Positions 39,426 to 49,001 of a stretch of 64,000 nt of DNA are shown in pieces. Within the stretch, counting starts at the first letter, position 1; each line of letters begins with the position of its first letter. The notes below the pieces were generated by a model. That model had not been told where the DNA came from. It searched no databases and saw only the letters and a list, made by a program, of their open reading frames with translations. Both the position numbers and the translations under genes were made by a program. The stretch is from Veillonella parvula (GTDB lineage Bacteria; Bacillota; Negativicutes; Veillonellales; Veillonellaceae): NCBI RefSeq assembly GCF_047241225.1, contig NZ_JBKTIE010000001.1, positions 173,172-237,171 of the forward strand. The letters run 5' to 3'.

Positions 39426-39500
39426 GGGCCTATAGCTCAGGGGTAGAGCAACCGGCTCATAACCGGTCGGTCCCTGGTTCGATCCCAGGTGGGCCCACCA
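39426..39500 (+). tRNA. tRNA-Ile2 (anticodon CAT, lysidine-modified)
   Basis: Full cloverleaf GGGCCTA..TGGGCCC-ACCA, CAT at 39458-39460, TTCGA T-loop; C4:G69 and C5:G68 (TilS determinants) and no initiator features; promoter TTGACT-18-TATAAT upstream. Confidence 0.9.
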
Positions 39501-39514
39501 TTATGTTGATATCT

Positions 39515-39547
39515 ACCGTCCTTGAGATTTCAAGGGCGGTTATTTTT
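39515..39547 (+). terminator. Terminator after the tRNA
   Basis: ACCGTCCTTGA / TCAAGGGCGGT stem then TATTTTT. Confidence 0.8.
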
Positions 39548-39737
39548 ATATGTAAATCATTTATTTTTGTAACTTAACAAAGCTTATTTTTGAATAGTAT
39601 TATGTTTAGAAATAAATAAACGAGAACAAATATGCAAATAAATAAGCATAAAATAAGCAAAAAATAATCAAGAATAAATAATTAAGAATTAAGAATGAAT
39701 AGTTAGTAATATATAATTAGTAATAGTAGAGGATGTT

Positions 39738-40469
39738 ATGGAACCTAGACCTATGATGGACCGCCTAGAAGCGGTATTCTCAATCGTACCAAAGGCTCAT
39801 GCCATTGCCGATATCGGTACCGATCATGGCTATTTAGCGGTAGAGCTCATCAACCGTCAACGCGCTGAATATGTCATTGCCGGTGATGTACATAAAGGTC
39901 CGTTAGAGTCTGCAAGATCATATGTTGAGTCTTGTGGACTAGCCGATAAAGTAGATTGTCGTTTAGGCGATGGTCTTAAAGTGACAGAAAAGGGCGAGTT
40001 GAACGGCGCCATTTGTTGTGGTATGGGTGGATTTTTAATGCGGGATATTGTAGATGCAGGCCCAGAACCATTAGAGTTCTATGTACTCCAACCACAGAAT
40101 GGACAAAAAGAATTACGTCAATATATGGTTCAAAAGGGATATGTTATCGTTCTAGAAATCATCGTAGAAGATGCTGGTAAGCTCTATACAGCATTTTTAG
40201 CCGTGCGCAATGACTGCGTGGAAGCTTATACAGGTATGACTGAATATGTAGATATTTATCAATCGTTACCGGAAGACTCCTTGTTGTGGTCTGTAGGGGC
40301 TTTATTGGAACAAGATAGACCACCACTTTGGATGAAATATATAGAGTATTTAATATATCAACGACAATGTGCATTAGATGATATGACAGAGAAATTAAAT
40401 CATACTGATAAATATCAGGATTTAGAGCAGGAAGTTAATTTTCTTCGTAATCTTTTAGAGAATAAATAG
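39738..40469 (+). CDS. trmK: tRNA (adenine(22)-N1)-methyltransferase TrmK
   Basis: ADIGTDHGYL, RLGDGL, CGMGG, VLQP. Confidence 0.93.
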   Translation: MEPRPMMDRLEAVFSIVPKAHAIADIGTDHGYLAVELINRQRAEYVIAGDVHKGPLESARSYVESCGLADKVDCRLGDGLKVTEKGELNGAICCGMGGFLMRDIVDAGPEPLEFYVLQPQNGQKELRQYMVQKGYVIVLEIIVEDAGKLYTAFLAVRNDCVEAYTGMTEYVDIYQSLPEDSLLWSVGALLEQDRPPLWMKYIEYLIYQRQCALDDMTEKLNHTDKYQDLEQEVNFLRNLLENK

Positions 40470-40484
40470 AAAGAAGTGAGTTGT

Positions 40485-41588
40485 ATGATAACGGTTCAAC
40501 AAGTTATTACCTTGATGGAGCAATTAGCACCGCGTTCTTATGCAGAGTCTTGGGATAATGTAGGTTTAATGGTGGGCGATCGGAATGTAGTTGTTACAGG
40601 TGTAGTGACTACGTTAGACGTAACAGAAGAAACCGTAGAATATGCTATTGAACAAAATTGTAATTTAATTGTTAGCCACCACCCATTAATCTTTAAAGGG
40701 TTGAAACAGATATCATGTGATACTGCTCAAGGGCGTACGATTAATAAGCTGATCCAACATAAGATTGCCGTATATAGTGCTCATACAAATCTTGATATCG
40801 CTCCAGGCGGTCTCAATGATATGTTGGCGAAGCAATTGGGACTTATAGATATTAAGGGCTTCATTAAAACTGGTGAAGAGGCGCTTTATAAGGTGACCAC
40901 CTTTGTACCTGAAAGCTCGGCTGATGCGGTTCATTTGGCGATGGGCGATGCAGGGGCAGGCCGAATTGGCAATTACGAGCATTGTAGTTTCAGTATCCAT
41001 GGGGAAGGACGCTTTGTTGGTAATGAAGATTCTCATCCTGTCATTGGGGCAGCTGGCGCTTTGACAGTGGTTCCTGAGGTACAAGTGAATGCTATCGTTG
41101 ATGGTACGCATTTAAGCAAAGTCGTAGCGGCTATGAAAGCTGCTCATCCATATGAAGAAGTTGCTTATGAGGTTTTGAATATAGTCGAGCCTACTAGTTC
41201 AACTCAATATCTAGGACGGGTAGGTCGCTTGCCTAATGCATTAAACTTAGATTCTTTCCGTGAGTGGGTACAAGAAGCGTTGCCTGATGCTAACATTCGT
41301 TTTGCTGGTATTGTGCCGAAAGCGATTCAATCCATTGCTCTATGCTCTGGTGCAGGTGCAGAATTTATTAAGGATGCTGCCCGGTTACATGTAGATGCCT
41401 ATATTACAGGTGATGTGAAGTATCATGAGGCGCAAATGGCTAAGGAATTAGGCTTACTCGTAGTTGATGCGGGGCATTTTGGAACTGAGTCTATAGTGGC
41501 ACATGGTTTACGTGACTATTTAATCTCTGCAGGGCTTACTGTTCCTGTGAAAGCTTTCACAGAACAAAATGATTTCTTCTTTGTGTAA
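40485..41588 (+). CDS. Nif3-like dinuclear metal centre protein (DUF34, with PII-like insert)
   Basis: WDNVGL, SHHPLIF, HTNLD, HPYEEVAYE, TGDVKYH, DAGHFGTE. Confidence 0.94.
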   Translation: MITVQQVITLMEQLAPRSYAESWDNVGLMVGDRNVVVTGVVTTLDVTEETVEYAIEQNCNLIVSHHPLIFKGLKQISCDTAQGRTINKLIQHKIAVYSAHTNLDIAPGGLNDMLAKQLGLIDIKGFIKTGEEALYKVTTFVPESSADAVHLAMGDAGAGRIGNYEHCSFSIHGEGRFVGNEDSHPVIGAAGALTVVPEVQVNAIVDGTHLSKVVAAMKAAHPYEEVAYEVLNIVEPTSSTQYLGRVGRLPNALNLDSFREWVQEALPDANIRFAGIVPKAIQSIALCSGAGAEFIKDAARLHVDAYITGDVKYHEAQMAKELGLLVVDAGHFGTESIVAHGLRDYLISAGLTVPVKAFTEQNDFFFV

Positions 41589-41634
41589 TGATGCATTTTC
41601 TTGCAACAAATTGTTAGCTATGATAAACTGAATT

Positions 41635-41987
41635 GAAGCAAGTATGAAAGACGGTTGCGAGTCTATAAGACTCGAGGAAAGTCCGAGCTCCATAGGGCAG
41701 GATGCCAGATAACGTCTGGCGAGGGTAACCTTAGGGAAAGTGCCATAGAAAAGGAAACCGCCACGTAAGTGGTAAGGGTGGAAAGGTGAGGTAAGAGCTC
41801 ACCAGCAGTCTGGTAACAGGCTGGCTCGGTAAACCCCATCCGGAGCAAGACCGAATAGGGAAGGGTTAAGGGTGGTCCCGCCTACCTTCCGGGTTGTGTC
41901 GCTCGAGCGTGCAGGCGACTGTACGCCTAGAAAGATAATCGTCACCGCGCAAGCGGAACAGAACTCGGCTTATTGATTGCTTGCTTC
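41635..41987 (+). ncRNA. rnpB: RNase P RNA, type A
   Basis: GAGGAAAGTCC, GAAAGTGCCATAGAAA, GGTAAACCCC and ACAGAACTCGGCTTA conserved blocks; P1 GAAGCAAG / CTTGCTTC. Confidence 0.97.
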
Positions 41988-42045
41988 TATATTTAACATA
42001 TAATTGATAGTATATAAGATTGTAGATCTTTGTTAGGAGAACTTC

Positions 42046-42375
42046 ATGGCAATTACAGCAATTACTAGTGTACAAGAATTTGATGAGAAAGTGCTTGGCG
42101 CTAAAGGTTTAGCTATTGTTGATTTTTGGGCTGGTTGGTGCGAACCATGCACTGTTATGCGCCCAGAGATTGAAGACGTAGCAGAGCGTTTAAAAGGTCA
42201 AGTAGAATTCTTTAGTGTTAATGCAGAAGATAAAAATCTTCGCGGTATTTTGTTAAAAGAAGATGTTGATGGTATTCCATCCTTAGTATTCTTCCGCGAT
42301 GGCAAAATGCTCGATTCCCTTGTGGGCTATAAAAAAGCAGATATGCTTGAGTCTCTAATAAAGGAAGTTATCTGA
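42046..42375 (+). CDS. trxA: Thioredoxin family protein (WCEPC active site)
   Basis: VDFWAGWCEPC, GIPSL cis-Pro loop, 109 aa. Confidence 0.85.
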   Translation: MAITAITSVQEFDEKVLGAKGLAIVDFWAGWCEPCTVMRPEIEDVAERLKGQVEFFSVNAEDKNLRGILLKEDVDGIPSLVFFRDGKMLDSLVGYKKADMLESLIKEVI

Positions 42376-42417
42376 TTAATTAATAACTAGGAATTCTTAG
42401 GAAATGAATAACATGAG

Positions 42418-42459
42418 GCTGTATATAAGAAAAGTTAATTTCTTATATACAGCTTTTTT
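42418..42459 (+). terminator. Terminator after thioredoxin
   Basis: GCTGTATATAAGAAA / TTTCTTATATACAGC stem then T6. Confidence 0.85.
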
Positions 42460-42648
42460 GTTAAATTTCATAGTTTTCAAAAATGTTAAGTGATATAATA
42501 AAATAGTAAAAATATGATTGTCATCATGTTGGTTGAACTTCTTCAAAGTGATAGAGGACGCTAATAAAATGATTTCCGTCATAAACGTTGTAGTTTATTA
42601 AGTAATATAATTATATTGCGCAAAGTTGTTGTAAGGAGGCTATATTCC

Positions 42649-43788
42649 ATGAAGAATCGTATAAATAGTTTGTGGACACTCTTCCAAGAACGCCGTTTGA
42701 GTCGACGAACATTTATGAAATCCTGTGTAGCACTCACTGCTATTTTAGGACTACCTCCAACGATGTTAGACACCGTTGTTAAGGCTGCCGAAATAACTGA
42801 ATTACCTACAGTGATTTGGTTGCATGGTCATGAATGTACTGGTTGTAGTGAATCTTTTATCCGTTCATCCTCTCCCTTTACTTCTGATGTTATTTTGAAC
42901 ATGATTTCTCTTGAATATGATGATACTTTGGCGGCAGCGTCTGGTGCACCATTAGAGGAACATTTAGAAAAAATCATCAAAGAAAAAGCCGGTAAATATA
43001 TCTTGGCTGTTGAAGGTGGCGTACCACTTGATGAAGATGGTGTTTATTGCACAGTAGGTGGACGTACATTTAAAGAATCCCTATTAGAAGCAGCTAAAGG
43101 AGCTGCGGCGATTATAGAATATGGTTCTTGTGCTTCTTGGGGCGGTATACAGGCGGCAAAACCAAATCCAACAAATACAGTTTCTGTATCTTCCGTTGTA
43201 TCTGGCAAGCCAATTATTAAGGTCCCTGGTTGTCCTCCAATTCCAGAGGTTATGACTGGCGTAATCATGCACTATGCATTATTCGGTCAAATTCCACCTC
43301 TTGATTCTCAAGGCCGTCCTAAACAATTTTATGGTAATCGTATTCACGACACATGCTACCGTCGTGCCTTCTTTGACTCTGGACTCTTCGTTGAAAAATT
43401 CGACGACGATGCATCCAAATCTGGTTGGTGCTTGTATAAAGTAGGTTGTCGTGGACCTCAAACATATAATTCTTGTGGTAACTTACGTTGGTGGAATGGT
43501 TTATCCTATCCAATTCAATCCGGTCACGGTTGTATTGGTTGCTCTGAAAAAGGCTTCTGGGATAATGACGTATTCTACAAACGTTTACCAGATATTCCAT
43601 TGGCTAATACCATCACGACTGCTGATACAATCGGTACAGTAGCTGCTGTTGGTGCTACTGCAGCAGTTATCGTTCATGGTGCTGCAACTCTTACGCGTAA
43701 TAAAATTCTTGATATGAAAGAAGAAAAACGCTTAAAAGAACAAGGCTTATGGGATGAAAAGAAACATAATAATGGAGGAGGTCACTAA
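42649..43788 (+). CDS. hyaA: [NiFe]-hydrogenase small subunit (Tat substrate with C-terminal anchor)
   Basis: SRRTFMK Tat motif, ECTGCSES, GCPP, HDTCYRR, CLYKVGCRGP, YPIQSGHGCIGC. Confidence 0.95.
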   Translation: MKNRINSLWTLFQERRLSRRTFMKSCVALTAILGLPPTMLDTVVKAAEITELPTVIWLHGHECTGCSESFIRSSSPFTSDVILNMISLEYDDTLAAASGAPLEEHLEKIIKEKAGKYILAVEGGVPLDEDGVYCTVGGRTFKESLLEAAKGAAAIIEYGSCASWGGIQAAKPNPTNTVSVSSVVSGKPIIKVPGCPPIPEVMTGVIMHYALFGQIPPLDSQGRPKQFYGNRIHDTCYRRAFFDSGLFVEKFDDDASKSGWCLYKVGCRGPQTYNSCGNLRWWNGLSYPIQSGHGCIGCSEKGFWDNDVFYKRLPDIPLANTITTADTIGTVAAVGATAAVIVHGAATLTRNKILDMKEEKRLKEQGLWDEKKHNNGGGH

Positions 43789-45689
43789 TGAAACGCGTAG
43801 TAGTAGATCCGATTTCCCGTATTGAAGGTCATTTACGGGTTGAAATAAAAGTTGATGAAGCGAGTGGTAAAGTAGAGGATGCATTGTCTTCTGGTACTGC
43901 TTGGCGCGGTATCGAACTTGTTGCTAAAGACCGCGATCCTCGTGACCTTTGGGCGTTCGTACAACGTATTTGTGGTGTATGTACTACAACACATGCCTTG
44001 GCTTCGTTAAGAGCTGTTGAAGATGCGCTTGGTATTACAATTCCTAAAAATGCAAACTATATACGTAATATTATGCATAGTAGTCTAGATGTGCATGATC
44101 ATATTGTGCATTTCTATCATTTACATGCCCTTGACTGGGTTAGCCCGGTAGCAGCTCTTAGTGCCGACCCTGCTAAAACCGCACAATTACAAAATGATGT
44201 ATTGGCTACATATAATGTAAGCGGTTTAGCACCTGCTGAAACAGCATCCAAAGACTCTGCTTATCCTAAAGAGTTTCCTAAGGCTACTACAGCCTACTTT
44301 ACGGCTGTACAGCAAAAGGTTAAGAAAATAGTTGAATCTGGTCAATTAGGTATTTTCTCTGCGCAATGGTGGGATCATCCTGATTATAATTTGTTGCCAC
44401 CAGAGGTTCATTTGATGGCTGTATCCCATTACTTGAATATTCTTGACCGTCAACGGGATATTGTAATTCCTCACGTTGTATTTGGTGGTAAAAACCCTCA
44501 TCCTCATTACATTGTAGGTGGCATGCCATGTTCTATCTCGATGAATGATATGAATGCACCTATCAATACACAACGCCTAGGAGCTGTTGAACAATCTATT
44601 GCATTAGCTAAAGACTTAGTAGATAATTTTTATTTACCAGATTTACTAGCTATTGGCAAAATCTATGTAGAAAAAGGTATGATTGATGGTGGTGGGCTTG
44701 CGAAGAAACGTGTTATGTCTTATGGTGATTATCCAGATGATACTTACACAGGCACTTCTAATGGTGACTATCATAAGAAATGTATTGTTCGTTCCAATGG
44801 CGTCGTTGAAAATTTTGCGTTAGGTGTAGATAAAGCAACCTTTATCCCATTAGAAGGTAAGGATTTTATGGATCCTCAATATCTTAGTGAAGAGGTTGAT
44901 CATTCCTGGTTTACATACCCGGACGGAACAAAAACACTTCATCCTATTGAAGGTGTTACTGATCCTAAATTTACGGGTCCTAAATCTGGTACAAAAGAAA
45001 AATGGGAATTCCTTGATGAAGATAAAAAATACTCTTGGATTAAATCTCCAACTTTCAAAGGGAAAACTGCAGAGGTTGGTCCATTAGCAAAATATATTGT
45101 TGTGTATACAAAGGTAAAACAAGGCATAATCAAAGACCCAACTTGGGCTGAATCTATGATTGTTCGTCAAATAGATACAGTATCACAAGTATTGGGTGTA
45201 CCAGCTCATGTATGGATGACTACTATGGTGGGACGTACGGCATGTCGTGGCCTTGATGCACAAGTAGCGGCAAATATTAGCCAATATTTCTTTAACAAAC
45301 TTGTATCTAATATCAAAAATGGTGATACTACAGTAGCGGATATGACTAAATTTGAGCCAAACACATGGGATAAAGATGCTAAAGGTGTTGGCCTTGTAGA
45401 TGCGCCTCGTGGTGGTTTGGGGCATTGGATACATATTAAAGATGGTCGTTCTGCAAACTATCAATGTATCGTACCATCTACATGGAATGCGTGCCCTAAA
45501 ACTGCAGCTAATGAACATGGTGCCTATGAAGATTCCATGATTGATACACATGTAAAAATTGCAGATAAACCACTTGAAATTTTGAAGGTAATTCACTCCT
45601 TTGATCCATGCCTCGCATGTGCAACCCATTTATACAATAAAAAAGGCGAAAAAATTGTTTCCGTCAATACAGATGCATTGTGTAAATAA
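43788..45689 (+). CDS. hyaB: [NiFe]-hydrogenase large subunit (group 1)
   Basis: RIEGH, L1 motif QRICGVCTTTH, L2 motif SFDPCLACATH plus a cleavable C-terminal tail. Confidence 0.97.
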   Translation: MKRVVVDPISRIEGHLRVEIKVDEASGKVEDALSSGTAWRGIELVAKDRDPRDLWAFVQRICGVCTTTHALASLRAVEDALGITIPKNANYIRNIMHSSLDVHDHIVHFYHLHALDWVSPVAALSADPAKTAQLQNDVLATYNVSGLAPAETASKDSAYPKEFPKATTAYFTAVQQKVKKIVESGQLGIFSAQWWDHPDYNLLPPEVHLMAVSHYLNILDRQRDIVIPHVVFGGKNPHPHYIVGGMPCSISMNDMNAPINTQRLGAVEQSIALAKDLVDNFYLPDLLAIGKIYVEKGMIDGGGLAKKRVMSYGDYPDDTYTGTSNGDYHKKCIVRSNGVVENFALGVDKATFIPLEGKDFMDPQYLSEEVDHSWFTYPDGTKTLHPIEGVTDPKFTGPKSGTKEKWEFLDEDKKYSWIKSPTFKGKTAEVGPLAKYIVVYTKVKQGIIKDPTWAESMIVRQIDTVSQVLGVPAHVWMTTMVGRTACRGLDAQVAANISQYFFNKLVSNIKNGDTTVADMTKFEPNTWDKDAKGVGLVDAPRGGLGHWIHIKDGRSANYQCIVPSTWNACPKTAANEHGAYEDSMIDTHVKIADKPLEILKVIHSFDPCLACATHLYNKKGEKIVSVNTDALCK

Positions 45690-45703
45690 AGGGTGGTGGG
45701 CTT

Positions 45704-46513
45704 ATGTTAATACATACTGACAAAAAGGCGTATGTCGTATTTAGTCTATGGCTGCGCATATTCCACTGGACTATGGTGCTTAGTGTAACGGCTTTATTCT
45801 GGACAGGACTATATATTGGTGATCCAGGCTTTGCTGCGATTACGGGTAACCCTGAACCAACTTTTGCTATTGATGGCTGGTTCTCTATGGAAACTATGCG
45901 GCGTATTCATTTCATTGCAGGTGTTATCTTAACATTCTCCTTTATCTTCCGTTTTGCAGGCGCTCTTTGGAACCGAGGGGATAGATTATTACCTAAATTC
46001 CGTCAAAAACGGTATTGGTACGGTCTTAAAGAAACAACATTGCACTATTTAATGATTCCTCAAAAACATGAACATCATTGGCTTCGTAATTCCTTAGCTA
46101 GAACTGCGTATATGATGGTATACATTATGTTCTTCTTTGAAATCTTAACGGGTTTTGCAATGTATTCGATGGTTAATCCTAATGGTATTCTAGGAACTTT
46201 ATTTGCACCAGTGATTACATTATTTGGTGGTGAATATAAAGTCCATGTTATCCATCACTACATTGCGTGGGGATTCTTGTTCTTTACTATTGTTCATGTG
46301 TATATGGCATTCCGAGAAGACGTTATGGAGGAATCCGGCGAAGTATCTGCTATGGTTTCGGGTATGAAATATTACGCTCATGACCCAATTGATATTGAAG
46401 ATCTCAATGGTAAACGCCGTCGTGGGGAACGTATTGATAAACCATCTGGTACTACATATCGTCCAAGTGATCCTAATGATCCTAGAGAAAGAGAATTACA
46501 AGAAAATGACTAA
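45704..46513 (+). CDS. hyaC: Ni/Fe-hydrogenase b-type cytochrome subunit
   Basis: LRIFHW, RRIHF, HHYIAW..VHVY heme ligands; four TM segments. Confidence 0.92.
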   Translation: MLIHTDKKAYVVFSLWLRIFHWTMVLSVTALFWTGLYIGDPGFAAITGNPEPTFAIDGWFSMETMRRIHFIAGVILTFSFIFRFAGALWNRGDRLLPKFRQKRYWYGLKETTLHYLMIPQKHEHHWLRNSLARTAYMMVYIMFFFEILTGFAMYSMVNPNGILGTLFAPVITLFGGEYKVHVIHHYIAWGFLFFTIVHVYMAFREDVMEESGEVSAMVSGMKYYAHDPIDIEDLNGKRRRGERIDKPSGTTYRPSDPNDPRERELQEND

Positions 46514-47084
46514 TACAAGTACTGATATCATCAGTGGCTTGAAACAATACGCGGACTCAGAGGGTCCGCGTATTGATTTAAACAGCCTTTATGATGATGG
46601 AGATAATGAAATTGTCCTACTTGGAGTCGGTAATATTTTGCTTACCGATGAGGGATTAGGTGTTCATGTAGTAAAAGAATTGAAAGAATCTTTCACATTT
46701 ACACCTGCAATTTCCATTATTGATGGTGGCACTATGGGGATGGAATTACTCACGTATATGCGTGGTATGAAGAAAATTCTTCTTGTAGACGCTATTAATG
46801 GTGGAGATGCTCCAGGAACTATATATGAATTTCCTCATAAGGAATTGGAACAATATTTTACGGAACATATTTCTGTACATGAAGTAGGAATGCAAGATAT
46901 TTTACGCATCCGTGCTATTCAAGACGATCCATTAGAAGATGCAGTGGTTATTGGTGTAGAACCGGAATCATTGGAAATTGGTTTTGAACCTAGCGAGCCG
47001 GTACAATGTGCCTTGCCTGAGGTTAAAAAACGTATTTTGCATGTCCTACGAGAATGGGGCGTAACAGTTGAGCCTAAAGCATAA
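46506..47084 (+). CDS. hyaD: Hydrogenase maturation endopeptidase (HyaD/HybD)
   Basis: GVGNILLTDEGLG, DGGT, VDA, SVHEVG. Confidence 0.93.
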   Translation: MTNTSTDIISGLKQYADSEGPRIDLNSLYDDGDNEIVLLGVGNILLTDEGLGVHVVKELKESFTFTPAISIIDGGTMGMELLTYMRGMKKILLVDAINGGDAPGTIYEFPHKELEQYFTEHISVHEVGMQDILRIRAIQDDPLEDAVVIGVEPESLEIGFEPSEPVQCALPEVKKRILHVLREWGVTVEPKA

Positions 47085-47152
47085 AGTGGAAATTTCATAT
47101 AATGTATAGATAGCTTATAGAATGTAAAGATAGTTTCTGTATAGGAGTATTT

Positions 47153-47530
47153 ATGATTGAAAATTATGGTAATGTTCGCGCCGTTTTAAATGAGTTGCGT
47201 TTGGCTCTAAAGAATTTGCGTGAAAATGGTGAGACATATTCGATTTATATTGAAAAAACAGGTTTAACAGAGGAAGAACAAGTTGAAGTATTAGAAACAC
47301 TTGGACGCGGTCATATTACGATTAACTTTAATGAAACTGATCAACCTGTAGAATGGTATGAATCACAATTTTCTGGAATCTGGATTGGGACTTATAAAAA
47401 TGGTCGCGATGATTCCATTTTACATACAGTAGAGGTCGCTAAATATCCAGTTGTAGCTGGTGCTTATATAGAAGATATGGAACTGGCGGAGGAAGATTTA
47501 CAATCTTGGATTGATGCTGCTGGATTATAG
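47153..47530 (+). CDS. Hydrogenase expression/formation protein (HupH/HyaF C-terminal-like)
   Basis: LG.G..., ESQFSGIW, TVEVAKYPVVA..ED pattern; last gene of the hydrogenase operon. Confidence 0.75.
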   Translation: MIENYGNVRAVLNELRLALKNLRENGETYSIYIEKTGLTEEEQVEVLETLGRGHITINFNETDQPVEWYESQFSGIWIGTYKNGRDDSILHTVEVAKYPVVAGAYIEDMELAEEDLQSWIDAAGL

Positions 47531-47534
47531 TAAA

Positions 47535-47559
47535 GGAGACCCTTAACGGGTCTCTTTTT
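47535..47559 (+). terminator. Terminator of the hydrogenase operon
   Basis: GAGACCC-TTAAC-GGGTCTC then T5. Confidence 0.85.
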
Positions 47560-47906
47560 CATGAAAGATAGATGAAATTAGGCGTTTTTGATAATTTTAT
47601 GATAAAAATTCATATATATTTTTGATTAATAGTTGATAAAGCCAGAAATAATCATATTTGTTTCTATATTAATAAAATAAATATTTTTTATAAATTACTT
47701 TATTAAGTAGTTTTACGAATAAATTTATATGAAATTAATTCGTTTAGCTTATATAAAGGATAAATGAAGTGTTTCATTGGTGTTTTACAGAGAAATAGCT
47801 TATTTACTGGCTTTATAAACATTATTAGGCCTATTGTTAACCTTTAGCATTTGCCTTAATTTACTAATTAACATAAAATATGTGAGTAAAATACTTTGGA
47901 GGATTT

Positions 47907-48917
47907 ATGTTACTTTCTATTGTAGTGCCTGTATATAACGAAGAGGAAAATATAGCGAACTTTTATAAAGCTGTAACTGATGTTATGTCAGGTCTCACGT
48001 ATGATTATGAATTAATCTTCGTGGATGATGGATCTAGTGATTCGTCAGCTATGATACTGCGTGAAATTGCATTCAATGATAAATATGTCAAAGTGTTATT
48101 GCTGGCTCGTAACTTTGGGCATCAAACGGCACTTACATGTGGACTTGATTATGCTCATGGCGATGCAGTCATTACAATGGACGGTGATATGCAGCATCCA
48201 CCTGCATTGATTCCTGAACTAGTTCGATTGTGGGAATCAGGGTATGATGTGGTGCGTACCATACGCGATTCAACTGATGACGCTAGTTGGGCTAAATCTT
48301 TCACGTCTAAGTATTATTACAAATTGATGAACAAAATGGCCGATGTTCCTATTGTTGAAGGTGGGTCCGATTTCCGCCTCATGAATAGTAAAGCATTGGG
48401 CACGTTGAAACGATTTAGAGAACATGGTCGATTTTTGCGCGGTATTGTCGGCGCCTTAGGGTATAGACAAGCAGAGTTGCACTTTGTGGCACCACCTCGA
48501 TTTGCAGGTGTCTCAAAGTTTAGTGTGCGTAAAATGATTCGATTTGCTCTCGATGGTGTAACCGCTTTTTCAAGGGTGCCTTTACGGGCGGCCTTGTATG
48601 TAGGTGTACTTTGTGGTGGAATGAGTTTTTTGCTCATCTTACATCTTTTGTATGTATATCTTACAGGACAAGCTTTGAATGGGTGGACAACCTTGGGCGT
48701 ATCAATCTTGTTTATTGGTGGAATTCAACTCGTCGGACTGGGGATTATTGGCGAGTATGTAGGTCGTATTTTTGAAGAGGTGAAGCAACGGCCTTTGTAT
48801 TGGGTTAAGTCAGCTATAAATTTTGAAGAGCATGAAGAGGCTCCGTTACTCGGACCAAGCAGTGCAGATGTTTTTATGGCACCAGAGGCTTATACCAACA
48901 AGAGCAAAGAAGACTAG
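47907..48917 (+). CDS. GT2 polyisoprenyl-phosphate glycosyltransferase (GtrB/YkcC/CsbB-like)
   Basis: SIVVPVYNEE, VDDGSSD, RNFGHQ, MDGDMQHPP, two C-terminal TMs, GEYVGRIFEEVKQRP. Confidence 0.92.
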   Translation: MLLSIVVPVYNEEENIANFYKAVTDVMSGLTYDYELIFVDDGSSDSSAMILREIAFNDKYVKVLLLARNFGHQTALTCGLDYAHGDAVITMDGDMQHPPALIPELVRLWESGYDVVRTIRDSTDDASWAKSFTSKYYYKLMNKMADVPIVEGGSDFRLMNSKALGTLKRFREHGRFLRGIVGALGYRQAELHFVAPPRFAGVSKFSVRKMIRFALDGVTAFSRVPLRAALYVGVLCGGMSFLLILHLLYVYLTGQALNGWTTLGVSILFIGGIQLVGLGIIGEYVGRIFEEVKQRPLYWVKSAINFEEHEEAPLLGPSSADVFMAPEAYTNKSKED

Positions 48918-49001
48918 CTGTATTTGTGAATGCAAATAAATAGACGGTTAGTATATTTTGAATAAATAACTTACTTTAAAAGTTTTTTGGAAAGGAAGCA
49001 T

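Noticed and set aside
39426..39500. tRNA-Met call
   Set aside because: G1:C72 pairing and the absence of three G:C anticodon-stem pairs exclude the initiator; the acceptor stem fits Ile2 better than elongator Met.
39540..39730. AAATAAGCA repeats and a LexA-like GAACAAATATGC after the tRNA
   Set aside because: The tract is extremely A-rich and low-complexity, the SOS box has two mismatches, and no integrase or duplicated tRNA end is present.
41663..42075. Minus-strand ORFs of 61 and 69 aa
   Set aside because: They are antisense shadows of the RNase P RNA.
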